Positions 26,012-34,680 of a stretch of 64,000 nt of DNA are shown one piece after another; the stretch's first letter is position 1; every line of letters starts with the position of its first letter. The position numbers and the translations under genes were made by a program. The notes below the pieces were generated by a model. That model ran no database searches. It was not told the origin of the DNA and was given only the letters and a program-made list of their open reading frames with translations. Source of the stretch: a virus. The stretch is from positions 1 through 64,000 of the IMG/VR virus record IMGVR_UViG_3300028392_000049; one strand, given 5' to 3'.

Positions 26012-27059
26012 CAGACACCTCAGATACAATTCCAGAGTCAGCGCGTACAACCGTACGAACATCTTTCTCTAGTGATTCCTTGAGGTCTACCTCTTCTCTA
26101 ATAGATTTTACCACAGCATCGGCACCTTGCCATTTACGGTCACCGTAGCTATAGTAAGCACCTGCTCGCGTAATCAATTTGTAAATAATCCCGAGCGCAA
26201 CAATCTCTTTAGCAAAATCGTACTCACCAGCATTACAAGCATCCGCGTTATCAAAATAGAAATCTACATAAGCAACCTGGGAAGGTGGGGCCGACTTATT
26301 CTTAAGCGTACGAATCTTAATTGTCTGTCCTACCTTGTGCTTTTCCTGACCAGTGCCTTCTTCAAGCCATTCATCACGCTTAACCTCAATGCGGGTAAAG
26401 AAAGCGTAGTTCTTAGCCTCTCCACCTGGGGTGGTACGAGGGTCACCATACATAACGCCAATCTTCATTCGGTACTGGTTGATAAGCAGACCGATGAATG
26501 GTCGTTCGTCTTCTACTAAAGATCGGCGAGCAGCGTGACCCATCTTGCGAAAGAACTTACCCGTAAGTAAAGCCCCACGACCGACTGTAGCTTCGTCCAT
26601 GTTTTTCTCGTCTTCAGTGATAGGTACGAGGGCAGGCAGTGAGTCAATGACTACGCAGTCAACGGACTTACTTTCTACAAGCGCAAGCACGGACTCGTAA
26701 GCTTCTTCCATGATGTTAGTAGCAACTACATACACCCGTGAGACATCAACGCCACACATCTCTGCGTACTGTGGTACCCAAGTCTCAGCGGCTACCCACA
26801 CTGTGGTGAACTCTGGGTCACGGGCCTGATTAGCGGCAACAGTCTTAAGGGCTACTGCTGTCTTACCGTTTGATGCTTCTCCTACAATTTCGTGCCACTG
26901 GTTAACTGGGAAACCTCCACCCAAAACAACGTCAAGAGCAAGGGAGCCTGTAGTCATGCGAACTATTGATTCATCTTTGATGTGTGAACCTAGAACAATC
27001 ATGTCCGAGCCGAACTTCTTATTTAACTGGGCTACTACTTTAGCGAGATCTGCGTCCAT
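26001..27059 (-). CDS. recA: RecA-like recombinase
   Basis: TGSLALDVVLGGG, GEASNGKT, VVIDS, INQ.R.KIGVMYGDP.TTPGG. Confidence 0.93.
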   Translation of the reverse strand: MDADLAKVVAQLNKKFGSDMIVLGSHIKDESIVRMTTGSLALDVVLGGGFPVNQWHEIVGEASNGKTAVALKTVAANQARDPEFTTVWVAAETWVPQYAEMCGVDVSRVYVVATNIMEEAYESVLALVESKSVDCVVIDSLPALVPITEDEKNMDEATVGRGALLTGKFFRKMGHAARRSLVEDERPFIGLLINQYRMKIGVMYGDPRTTPGGEAKNYAFFTRIEVKRDEWLEEGTGQEKHKVGQTIKIRTLKNKSAPPSQVAYVDFYFDNADACNAGEYDFAKEIVALGIIYKLITRAGAYYSYGDRKWQGADAVVKSIREEVDLKESLEKDVRTVVRADSGIVSEVSDAV

Positions 27060-27427
27060 TATATGTGACCTATGATTCCTTGTGGGTTGAAGTTATTGGC
27101 TGTAGTGGATTGACGCGCTGGCATGGTGGGGCCGTTGGCGGAGTTGCCTACACCAGACACACCGCTACCTGCCTGAACTACTGGGTATCCACAGTCATAG
27201 CAACGAGCCTTAGCTTCTGGCGTCACTTGACCATAGTTACCACTACCGCATCCTGGACAGCGAGATGCCACTTGTGCGCTAGCAGGCAGGCGTGCAGGCT
27301 GTCCCTGCGGCATAGGTTGCTGAGGCACAGGATTGTATGGGAGATTGGGCATAGGAGAGGCTGGGGCGGGAGGAGCAGGAGATGGTACACCTGGCCCTAA
27401 CTTACCTGCAAACCAATTATTACTCAT
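27059..27427 (-). CDS. Pro-rich Zn-ribbon protein
   Basis: CPGCGSGNY...RCYDCGYP. Confidence 0.75.
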   Translation of the reverse strand: MSNNWFAGKLGPGVPSPAPPAPASPMPNLPYNPVPQQPMPQGQPARLPASAQVASRCPGCGSGNYGQVTPEAKARCYDCGYPVVQAGSGVSGVGNSANGPTMPARQSTTANNFNPQGIIGHI

Positions 27428-27879
27428 GCCATCGCCTCCATATGAAATGTTCCTGGGTCAACTACTATACCAAGTTTTAAAGCAGCCGAGAATGCTGGAA
27501 CAAGAACTGATACTGCAATACTAGTGTATAGGTCAGACATTACTTCTCGTTCTTCATCTTTATCTAAACCACTGCTCTCAACTCCAAGAGCACTTAAGAA
27601 ATCTGTGAACGTCTCAGTCAAAGTTTGACCTGCAATATCAGACATTAAGGCTAAGAAATCTACGTATGGGTCAAGGGCGCTTAATCGTTCTTGACTTTCT
27701 CTAAGCTCCATCTCTTCGCCCTCTTCACTAATCGGTAAAAAGCCCAGAGACTGTGCATGCTTATTAGGGTTAGGTACGGCACTATCATAAAGATACCAAC
27801 GAAGCAAAGTGCTAGTAGGTACATCAGTCGTTTCCAAAACATATTCTGGGTCATCCTTTTTCCAAAACATCCAACTCAT
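27424..27879 (-). CDS. Hypothetical protein
   Basis: ATGA-coupled on both sides. Confidence 0.75.
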   Translation of the reverse strand: MSWMFWKKDDPEYVLETTDVPTSTLLRWYLYDSAVPNPNKHAQSLGFLPISEEGEEMELRESQERLSALDPYVDFLALMSDIAGQTLTETFTDFLSALGVESSGLDKDEEREVMSDLYTSIAVSVLVPAFSAALKLGIVVDPGTFHMEAMA

Positions 27880-29849
27880 TTAGCTTCACCCCATCGGTTT
27901 ACTGTAGTAATATCTGCAATCAAAGGTACATCTAAAAGTTGGATGCCCTCCATAGCCTCTTTAATAGCTTCCATGGTCTCTTCAACTTTCCCTTCAGGAG
28001 TTAATGTCACAAGTTCATCGTGAACAGTTAGTAGTATACGCGCTTCTTTTGGAATCATAGCATCTGCGCGAATCATTGCCAACTTGATAATGTCAGCGGC
28101 TGAACCTTGAATACGGGTGTTAAATGCCTGACGTTCTGCACTAGACCTAAAGCTTTGATCTTTAGAGTTCAAGTCAGGCAAGAACCGCTTCCGTCCCAGA
28201 ATAGTAGTAACATGTGGAACTGCCTGCTTACGAGCCAACGCCAACAACTTTATTCTATACGAAGATACGGACGAGAACTGTGAGCCAAAACTGTCTAGCA
28301 AGTCACGAGCCTCGGAGACCGTACAACCAATCTGGCTAGCAATCTTAGCTGGCCCTACCCCGTACGCCATAGCAAGTACAAGCACCTTACCAGCCTTACG
28401 GTCTACTCCCATAGTGTTGCCTACAGTTGTGTAGATGTCTCCACCGTCAAGATAGTTCTTCATCATGATGGGGTCTTTAGCCATAGATGCGATGACGCGA
28501 GGTTCAATCTGAGAGTAGTCTGCAACAACCAACTTGTAACCATCGGGCGCGTAGAAGAGGTTTCGGATAGCCTTACCATGCGGCGTGTGAGGGGCGGGGA
28601 CATTTTGAAGGTTAGGGTTGCGACTGCTGAAACGCCCAGTCTCAGCACCATGTTGCACAAAGTCACAATGAATCCGTCCGTTGATAAGAAGGCTTTCTTT
28701 TTGCTCACGCTTTTCTTTACCACCAGTAGTCCTGACAACTTCGCCTCCAAGGTATGGTACTACGTAAGTAGTACTCAGTTTATTAAGGTCAGAGTATTTA
28801 AGTAGAGCCTCTACCAATGGGTCTTTATCTCGGTATAGTTCCAAAGCCTCGGCAGATACAGAGTAATCAGAGAACTGCAAGTCATCAGAGTCTTTCTTCT
28901 GCCCAGCAGTGGTAAGGATCTTTGGCTTAAGCCCACGACCACCTTGGTCCTTGCCTGAGTACAATAAAAACTGCTTCTCCTGGTTGGAGTTAATGTTAAA
29001 GACACGACCAGCAATACGGAAGATGTCTGAACGAGCAACCTCAATATCTTCACGAAGTTGAGCATCAAGAGCGGTTAGCGCCTCTACGTCAATGGGCGCA
29101 CCTGTTAGCTTTATTGTGCACAACACAGCAAGGACGTCCATCTCTAAGTCCATTACCTGGTTGAAGCCACCATCTTCAATCTTTTTTCTAAGAGCTTTCC
29201 ATAGCAGGAATGTGTACTTAGCATCAAGGTAAGCATACTTAGCCACCTCATCAAATGAGTAAACTTCTACTTCCTTGCCTACGCCTTTGACCATCTCGTA
29301 TCCAAACTCACGCTTAAGGCAATCTCCCAAGCCACAACGGTTCTTGTTTCTGTTGTCACTTAGGAATGAAGCAATCATGGTATCAAAGTATGGGCCTACA
29401 GGAACCTGCCCACCGTAGTACTTAGCAACAGATGTCAAGTCAAAGATAAGGTTATGACCAACAGTCAGTACGTCCTTGCTAAACATAAGAGGACGAATTG
29501 TCTCAAATACTTCTGCAGGGTATAGCTGTTTAGGTGGTGCGCCAAAAGTTTTAGTAGCTTTTTTCTTATCGCGTGAGTAATCACTGGGGCGAGCAGTAAG
29601 CCCAGCCTCTACGCGCTTTTCGCCTTGACCAGTTAGCGGGAATCGCTCTTCAATAAAAGCACCATTAGGATGACCCATAGGGATAACATCACAACGGCCG
29701 TGCGTTGCGAAAGTAATCCATAAAACTTCATTAATAGGCGTAAGCCCACGGTTATCTCCTACAGTTTCTACGTCAAATGCAAAAGCATCTTGCGTTAAAT
29801 AAAATTCAACCATCTCATTTAACTGAGACATGCTTGTAATAATGTTCAT
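27876..29849 (-). CDS. polA: Family A DNA polymerase (3'-5' exonuclease plus polymerase, no 5' nuclease)
   Basis: FDVET, HNLIFD, YAYLDA, TGRFSSRNPNLQN, ADYSQIEPR, IQGSAADIIK, VHDEL. Confidence 0.95.
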   Translation of the reverse strand: MNIITSMSQLNEMVEFYLTQDAFAFDVETVGDNRGLTPINEVLWITFATHGRCDVIPMGHPNGAFIEERFPLTGQGEKRVEAGLTARPSDYSRDKKKATKTFGAPPKQLYPAEVFETIRPLMFSKDVLTVGHNLIFDLTSVAKYYGGQVPVGPYFDTMIASFLSDNRNKNRCGLGDCLKREFGYEMVKGVGKEVEVYSFDEVAKYAYLDAKYTFLLWKALRKKIEDGGFNQVMDLEMDVLAVLCTIKLTGAPIDVEALTALDAQLREDIEVARSDIFRIAGRVFNINSNQEKQFLLYSGKDQGGRGLKPKILTTAGQKKDSDDLQFSDYSVSAEALELYRDKDPLVEALLKYSDLNKLSTTYVVPYLGGEVVRTTGGKEKREQKESLLINGRIHCDFVQHGAETGRFSSRNPNLQNVPAPHTPHGKAIRNLFYAPDGYKLVVADYSQIEPRVIASMAKDPIMMKNYLDGGDIYTTVGNTMGVDRKAGKVLVLAMAYGVGPAKIASQIGCTVSEARDLLDSFGSQFSSVSSYRIKLLALARKQAVPHVTTILGRKRFLPDLNSKDQSFRSSAERQAFNTRIQGSAADIIKLAMIRADAMIPKEARILLTVHDELVTLTPEGKVEETMEAIKEAMEGIQLLDVPLIADITTVNRWGEAK

Positions 29850-29864
29850 TGCTGGCTCCCTAAA

Positions 29865-29904
29865 GCCACTAGCCACAGGCAAAGGGGGACCTGTGGCTAG
29901 TGGC
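29865..29904 (-). terminator. 15-bp perfect hairpin between ssb and polA (terminator or attenuator)
   Basis: GCCACTAGCCACAGG / CCTGTGGCTAGTGGC, followed by TTT and then the polA SD. Confidence 0.6.
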
Positions 29905-29917
29905 AGCCTATGTGTTG

Positions 29918-30598
29918 TTAGAGAAGATCGTTTGCAATCTCGGTCAGTTGAGCATGTGTATGCTCATGAATATCTGTACGAGTGTATGGAACCATGGTCT
30001 CAAGAAGAGATTCAACTTCGGAGATATGCATACCGTAGTCCTCTTCAAGGTCGCGTGCCTTAAGTGGCATTAGGTTGTAGACCGTGGTCTGCTTAACTCC
30101 ACTACGGCTCAGTGACCAGAAGTACTTGTTGAGCGGTCCCTGAGGCGAAGCGTTTGCTGAAGCAAGCGCACGGAACAAACGAGGTGTGGCTGTGAGGATC
30201 TGGCGCTTAGGGCCACCCTCTGCGCTGAAGTTCACAATAGTGAACGAGCGCTTATCTTCAGCCTTGTGACCAAGAAGCGTGCAAAGAGGGCAGTCCTTGC
30301 TGTTCTTTGGGTCTAGGCAAACGTATGAACGCTTGCCTTCAGTCTTCTGGGTTAGGAAATGCATCTTGTAAGCTGCAAATGGTCCGTCGCCCAGAAACTT
30401 GATAAGTTGTGGTGCTTCGCTCTGTCGGAATTCAGTTGGAAACTCCGAAGTTGGTGCAGTTAGCTTTTCAGCGTCTTCCCAGCCTGAGCCAATAGCGTTG
30501 GTGCTTGATGTTGTCTGCTCGGGACGAGCATCCAAATCAAAATCCTCACCGAATGAGGTTGCGGATGTGTACTTTTCTTCTGTTGGTTTGACGCTCAC
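29918..30598 (-). CDS. Single-stranded DNA-binding protein (gp32-like, Zn-binding)
   Basis: IKFL...H...YVC....CPLC; adjacent to polA. Confidence 0.6.
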   Translation of the reverse strand: MSVKPTEEKYTSATSFGEDFDLDARPEQTTSSTNAIGSGWEDAEKLTAPTSEFPTEFRQSEAPQLIKFLGDGPFAAYKMHFLTQKTEGKRSYVCLDPKNSKDCPLCTLLGHKAEDKRSFTIVNFSAEGGPKRQILTATPRLFRALASANASPQGPLNKYFWSLSRSGVKQTTVYNLMPLKARDLEEDYGMHISEVESLLETMVPYTRTDIHEHTHAQLTEIANDLL

Positions 30599-30635
30599 GT
30601 CATTATCCTTTGTTCGATTAATGTGTTTAGTGTTA

Positions 30636-31097
30636 TCAGTTGTTTTCAATGCGTAAGTTTCCCCACGCGGTAGAAAGTTCTTGTGGAACATTCTTATAGC
30701 TAGACCACTCTATCCTAACGGAGTCAAGTAACCCATGTGCTGCAAATATTTCTACAGCGGTGGTAATCATATCACGAGTATATAACCACCTGCCTTTTCT
30801 GGTGTCACCGTTTTTATCTATGACATCAGGAAGTCTATACGTTGACACTGGCATATAACCATTTGCAATCCATGTGCGGACTGTAATGATCGGTCTACCA
30901 AGTGCTTCAGCTAGTGCTCCCAATGTAAAGAACTCAACGTCCTTACCATTCAAAGGCTTAATGTAAGGCCGAGAGTCCCAAGACTTTTCTTGAATGTCTT
31001 TGGCACGCTCTACCTTAACATACTCTTTGCGTTTTCGTTTACTACCTGGGTAGTATACATCAACCGCAGAGAACATTTCGTCAATGAGGTCATCCAT
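30636..31097 (-). CDS. MerR-like HTH DNA-binding protein
   Basis: FTLGALAEALGRPIITVRTW...RWLYT. Confidence 0.7.
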   Translation of the reverse strand: MDDLIDEMFSAVDVYYPGSKRKRKEYVKVERAKDIQEKSWDSRPYIKPLNGKDVEFFTLGALAEALGRPIITVRTWIANGYMPVSTYRLPDVIDKNGDTRKGRWLYTRDMITTAVEIFAAHGLLDSVRIEWSSYKNVPQELSTAWGNLRIENN

Positions 31098-31099
31098 GC

Positions 31100-31507
31100 T
31101 TAACTCTTCGACATCACTAACGCCCAGGTTATCTTAGCAGGAAACATCTTGTCAATGTCTTCCTCGGTGATAAGATTTTCCCAGTAGGCAGACATGATTT
31201 CATCTTCGTTAAGCACGGGTACCATTTCAATGCACCGTTCGTGCAGACCTTTGGCTTTGAGGATTTCTTCAGCAACTTCAATATCAAGAGACTTAGATAC
31301 TTTACGCTGCTGCATGACTTCGCGTACGCCGCTAACTTCATCGTTAAGTTCTACTACAAGGTGACCCTTGTCGCTCTCTACGCCAAGATCAGCAACACCC
31401 TCACGGATGTTCTTTTTAATCTCGGACTGGATTGCAGTAAGATCGCTAATACGCTCACTAAGTACTGCATTCTGCCTAACGTAATCAAGGATTTCTGGCA
31501 AGTCCAC
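31100..31507 (-). CDS. Conserved hypothetical phage protein
   Basis: AAGGAG SD and TAAAGT -10. Confidence 0.8.
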   Translation of the reverse strand: MDLPEILDYVRQNAVLSERISDLTAIQSEIKKNIREGVADLGVESDKGHLVVELNDEVSGVREVMQQRKVSKSLDIEVAEEILKAKGLHERCIEMVPVLNEDEIMSAYWENLITEEDIDKMFPAKITWALVMSKS

Positions 31508-31547
31508 GCGGTTACTCCTTTTATGCTAGATGTTACTTTACCACAAA

Positions 31548-31706
31548 TTATTGAGAAGCTCGTGCATTTTTTAAGTATTGTAAAAGGGCATCAATAATGA
31601 TGCTAGTGACGGTGACTCCGTCAATACGGGCCTGTTCTTGAACGGCCTGCCACAATTCGTCATCTACCCGTAGGGTGCGAGTTGGGGTCTTAGGTGCATT
31701 AGGCAT
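31548..31706 (-). CDS. Ribbon-helix-helix DNA-binding protein (52 aa), leaderless, not in the ORF track
   Basis: MPNAPKTPTRTLRVDDELWQAV...; TATAAT-6 nt-ATG. Confidence 0.8.
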   Translation of the reverse strand: MPNAPKTPTRTLRVDDELWQAVQEQARIDGVTVTSIIIDALLQYLKNARASQ

Positions 31707-31748
31707 ACTTATATTATACCTGCCCGTACTGACAAATATAGGGTAAAG

Positions 31749-31820
31749 CTCCCGCTAGTGGATTCGAACCAATAACCCCAGAGTTAACAGCTCTGTGCTC
31801 TGCCGTTGAGCTAAGCGGGA
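31749..31820 (-). tRNA. tRNA-Asn(GTT)
   Basis: Cloverleaf TCCCGCT.../CAGAG-CTGTTAA-CTCTG/TTCGAAT/AGCGGGA-G; no encoded CCA. Confidence 0.9.
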
Positions 31821-31825
31821 TTGAG

Positions 31826-31903
31826 TGGAGTAGCAGAGAATCGAACTCTGGTCCTAGTAATTTCCGCGTGCGGTTTTAATACTAGTCGAAACCTTCCTAC
31901 CCC
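31826..31903 (-). ncRNA. Mini-tmRNA: tRNA-like domain only, no tag reading frame
   Basis: GGGGTAG/CTACTCC-A acceptor with G3.U70, GAAGGTTTCGAC D-loop, CTAGTATT/AATTACTAG helix 2a, GAC-CAGAG-TTCGATT-CTCTG T-arm. Confidence 0.8.
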
Positions 31904-31904
31904 G

Positions 31905-31983
31905 TGCTGGACCTTGGAATCGAACCAAGCGTGCTTTCGCGACAGATTTACAGTCCGTTGCCCCACCTTGGGGCCTGCACAGC
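31905..31983 (-). tRNA. tRNA-Tyr(GTA)
   Basis: ACGGA-CTGTAAA-TCTGT anticodon arm, long variable arm, TTCGATT loop; atypical short D-arm. Confidence 0.8.
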
Positions 31984-31988
31984 TTACG

Positions 31989-32061
31989 AGCCTCAAGCAG
32001 GAATCGAACCCGCGACATCAATATTACAAGTATTGCACTCTGCCAACTGAGTTATTGAGGC
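31989..32061 (-). tRNA. tRNA-Thr(TGT)
   Basis: GCCTCAA/TTGAGGC acceptor, CAATA-CTTGTAA-TATTG anticodon arm. Confidence 0.9.
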
Positions 32062-32068
32062 ACAGCTT

Positions 32069-32539
32069 TTAGCTAACAGCACGTTGTTTAAGTTTAGCAG
32101 ATTCTCTGTATTGATGTTTTCTGGCTTTCATATACTCAGCTTTTTTAGCCTTGCATGGAGCACATGGGCAATTACGTTTACCTGAGTTTCCTCCGCCGTG
32201 CTCTACTGATTCAAGATCCCCTTCTGCGTAACTTTTTTTAATGTGGCACTCTTTACAGAGCACTTGACATTTAGCAAGCTCTGCTTGAACTTTAGCTTCA
32301 CTGCCACCCCCAATAATTTTTCCTATTTCATAGGTTTTATTATTGGCATCAATGTGATCTAATTCAAGACTTTCAATCGATCCACAATGAGCACACTGAC
32401 TACCCAAAGCTTTAATGGCTGCGTCTCTACGTTTTTTATAGCGAAGCCTTTGGTATTCCTTCATATAATTGTTATAACAAGTACGACATTTACCCGAATT
32501 GATTGCGGGCTCTGTTGTGCAGAGGGAGCATATTTTCAT
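32069..32539 (-). CDS. HNH endonuclease, leaderless, directly upstream of the tRNA cluster
   Basis: CAHCG...LELDHID...CQVLCKECH; TGC-TAAGGT-6 nt-ATG. Confidence 0.88.
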   Translation of the reverse strand: MKICSLCTTEPAINSGKCRTCYNNYMKEYQRLRYKKRRDAAIKALGSQCAHCGSIESLELDHIDANNKTYEIGKIIGGGSEAKVQAELAKCQVLCKECHIKKSYAEGDLESVEHGGGNSGKRNCPCAPCKAKKAEYMKARKHQYRESAKLKQRAVS

Positions 32540-32557
32540 GCCCACACCTTAGCATAA

Positions 32558-32740
32558 CTATTCCTGGTCGCGCAAACCGATGGTAATGAGCCACATGACT
32601 AGTGTAAATAGGATAGCTGCACCTACTACGGTTTTAGCACTACCATCAAGAACACACCAAGCAATGAACATACCTAATAGTGTCCATAGCTGATTTAAGG
32701 TTTCAATAAAGGCATTAGCAAACCATTTAAGAAGACTCAT
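32558..32740 (-). CDS. Small membrane protein with two hydrophobic segments
   Basis: Hydrophobicity; overlaps the upstream gene. Confidence 0.7.
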   Translation of the reverse strand: MSLLKWFANAFIETLNQLWTLLGMFIAWCVLDGSAKTVVGAAILFTLVMWLITIGLRDQE

Positions 32741-34037
32741 GGTTTACCCCTCTAACGTTAGATGTTACTGATGATGTGGTTGGAGCCCTGCGAACCAAAG
32801 TAACCGCCGAAGTTCCAGCAATAATCTGAGTAACAACAACAGATGGAATGATAGCCCGCTGTGATTGCTTACGCTGAGCAGGTGTCATATCTGCACCGAT
32901 ATTCATGATGGCTGTAGCGAATTGTCCTGGCCTAGAAAAAAGAGCGTTAATTAAGTCCGAAGGGCTATTAAATAATTGAAGTGCTTGGGCCACTGTGACT
33001 GTAAGCTCAACTCCATTAGACAAAACCATAACTGCATCTACGTTGTTTAAGTTAGGATCTGAGGCTTGGCATACATCTGTGGCATTATCAAGATCTTCAG
33101 TATGCCCATCCCAGAATAAGTTATATCGCTGAGTTGCCGTCCAGCTAACTTCAGAATTATCTATAGGGCTATTACCTGTACAAGGAACTTGTCTGGTCTC
33201 CACTGTAGGTGCGGGTATAGGGAATGTTGGAATAGCAGCAATACATGCAGCAGCTACCGTGTCAATGTCAACCGTATGGTTATCCCAGTATAAGTAGTAA
33301 TGCTGATCAGCCGTACCATCTACTTGAGCCTGAGTGTACGGATTAGTCCAAGTGCATTGAACAGTACGAGTCTGAATGGTTGGGGCTGGTTCTGGGGAAC
33401 ACGTCTGATCTACGGGAATTACTGAGTTGTCCCAGCAAGTGTGGGTCTCTACAGGGCGGCCACCATTGACAGCAAACGTGCTGCTAATGGGAACAATAGC
33501 TTGACCTGATTGGAAACGAATACCACGACGTAGTGTGTTTGGAAGCGGTCCTGAAGAAGTTACTTCTCCATCCCATCCGCCATTAGCATAGCGGGTTACA
33601 TGAAGTTCAATGTAAGTTAAAGTACCCGAGTCACTTGGGTATGGTCGAACAGCCCACTGAACGCAGAGCGTATTGGCTGTGGTTCCGTAACGTAAGTAAG
33701 CACCAGTACCCCAAGTTACCCAGTCATTACCTGCAACAGAAATGCTAGGAGTCTGCGGGTAATCCCAGTAAGTACCATCAGAGATCCCAAATGACAATAG
33801 ACCATTAATGCTGGCGTAAACATTGGTGTAGCTAGTATTGCCAAGATTAAGGTTAAATGGTAGATGCATCTGAAAAGATGAATCGTCTCCTGCTGGGAAT
33901 GTGGTGCTATCACATACAAAAGTAGAGGTGTTTGCTTGAGCAGGTGTTACTAATGGTGCAAACCCAATTAAAGCAAAAACGCTTAGGGAAGCAAAAATTT
34001 TAAAAAGTTTCAATGCTAATTCTCTTCCTAGACTCAA
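32727..34037 (-). CDS. Secreted/membrane-anchored protein (NIDO-like N-domain, two Cys-linked repeats)
   Basis: Signal peptide ending AQA; DD...LPF...G..Y..VY.S.NG..SFG; repeated TRxVxCT...Q.Y.L.WD.HT.D. Confidence 0.65.
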   Translation of the reverse strand: MSLGRELALKLFKIFASLSVFALIGFAPLVTPAQANTSTFVCDSTTFPAGDDSSFQMHLPFNLNLGNTSYTNVYASINGLLSFGISDGTYWDYPQTPSISVAGNDWVTWGTGAYLRYGTTANTLCVQWAVRPYPSDSGTLTYIELHVTRYANGGWDGEVTSSGPLPNTLRRGIRFQSGQAIVPISSTFAVNGGRPVETHTCWDNSVIPVDQTCSPEPAPTIQTRTVQCTWTNPYTQAQVDGTADQHYYLYWDNHTVDIDTVAAACIAAIPTFPIPAPTVETRQVPCTGNSPIDNSEVSWTATQRYNLFWDGHTEDLDNATDVCQASDPNLNNVDAVMVLSNGVELTVTVAQALQLFNSPSDLINALFSRPGQFATAIMNIGADMTPAQRKQSQRAIIPSVVVTQIIAGTSAVTLVRRAPTTSSVTSNVRGVNHESS

Positions 34038-34084
34038 TATTAATTCTACAAGACTTAAGGCGGATAATCAGGGCTTAGGAATAC

Positions 34085-34118
34085 GAAAAGCCCCCTACCT
34101 ATGAGGCAAGGGGCTTTA
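34085..34118 (-). terminator. Intrinsic terminator
   Basis: AAAGCCCC...GGGGCTTTT hairpin after the SLT gene. Confidence 0.7.
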
Positions 34119-34181
34119 AGTTCATCGGTCTAGGATGTAATTTTATTATACACCTTTTACCGAATCGGAGTGTTATTTCGT

Positions 34182-34646
34182 CTAGTACCAGTGATGGCTT
34201 TTCCAAAAGCCCCACGCTTGACAAGGGCTGCCATAGCGATTCTTAACGTATTTTAAACCCCAAGCAATTTGAGTATGGGGATTAGTTTTCCAGTCTTTAC
34301 CCGCGCTTGCCATTTTACTCCCTGGCAATGCTTGTGGGATGCCGTGGGCACCCGAAGGATTATGCGCGTTTACGCGCCATCCACTTTCTTTATTCCATAA
34401 GGTAACAAGACAAGAATATTCTTGTCCGCACCAGCCGTACTGTGTAGCCATGTAATACTGAGCGGCTGCTCTGTTGTAGTTTGGCGTGGCGTACGGTAAC
34501 CGTAGTCCTGCCCGAGATGCCGTTGTAGCGGAATCTTGACAGGATGTTATATGGGTCTTTGCTTGACTCTGGGCAATGGGTAGCGATACGAGCAAGCTCG
34601 CAAGAAGCGCCACTGCGGGAGTCAGGCGTAGTAACTTGCCTAACAT
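34182..34646 (-). CDS. Secreted lytic transglycosylase (SLT, lysozyme-like)
   Basis: Signal peptide; LWNKESGW, GIPQALPGSKM, TNP.TQI.WGL.Y...RYG.PC.AW. Confidence 0.88.
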   Translation of the reverse strand: MLGKLLRLTPAVALLASLLVSLPIAQSQAKTHITSCQDSATTASRAGLRLPYATPNYNRAAAQYYMATQYGWCGQEYSCLVTLWNKESGWRVNAHNPSGAHGIPQALPGSKMASAGKDWKTNPHTQIAWGLKYVKNRYGSPCQAWGFWKSHHWY

Positions 34647-34680
34647 GAACTTCTAGCCTAGCAGACGTCTATCGGCGTGT

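Noticed and set aside
31826-31903. Reading this element as an ordinary tRNA or as a permuted two-piece tmRNA
   Set aside because: It has no D-stem and no 7-nt anticodon loop. The 5' and 3' halves are in normal order and directly joined, and the flanks are tRNAs, leaving no room for a tag ORF.
31811-32072. Tracked ORFs 31811..31996 (-) and 31821..32072 (+)
   Set aside because: They overlap clear tRNA and tmRNA-like genes and are spurious.
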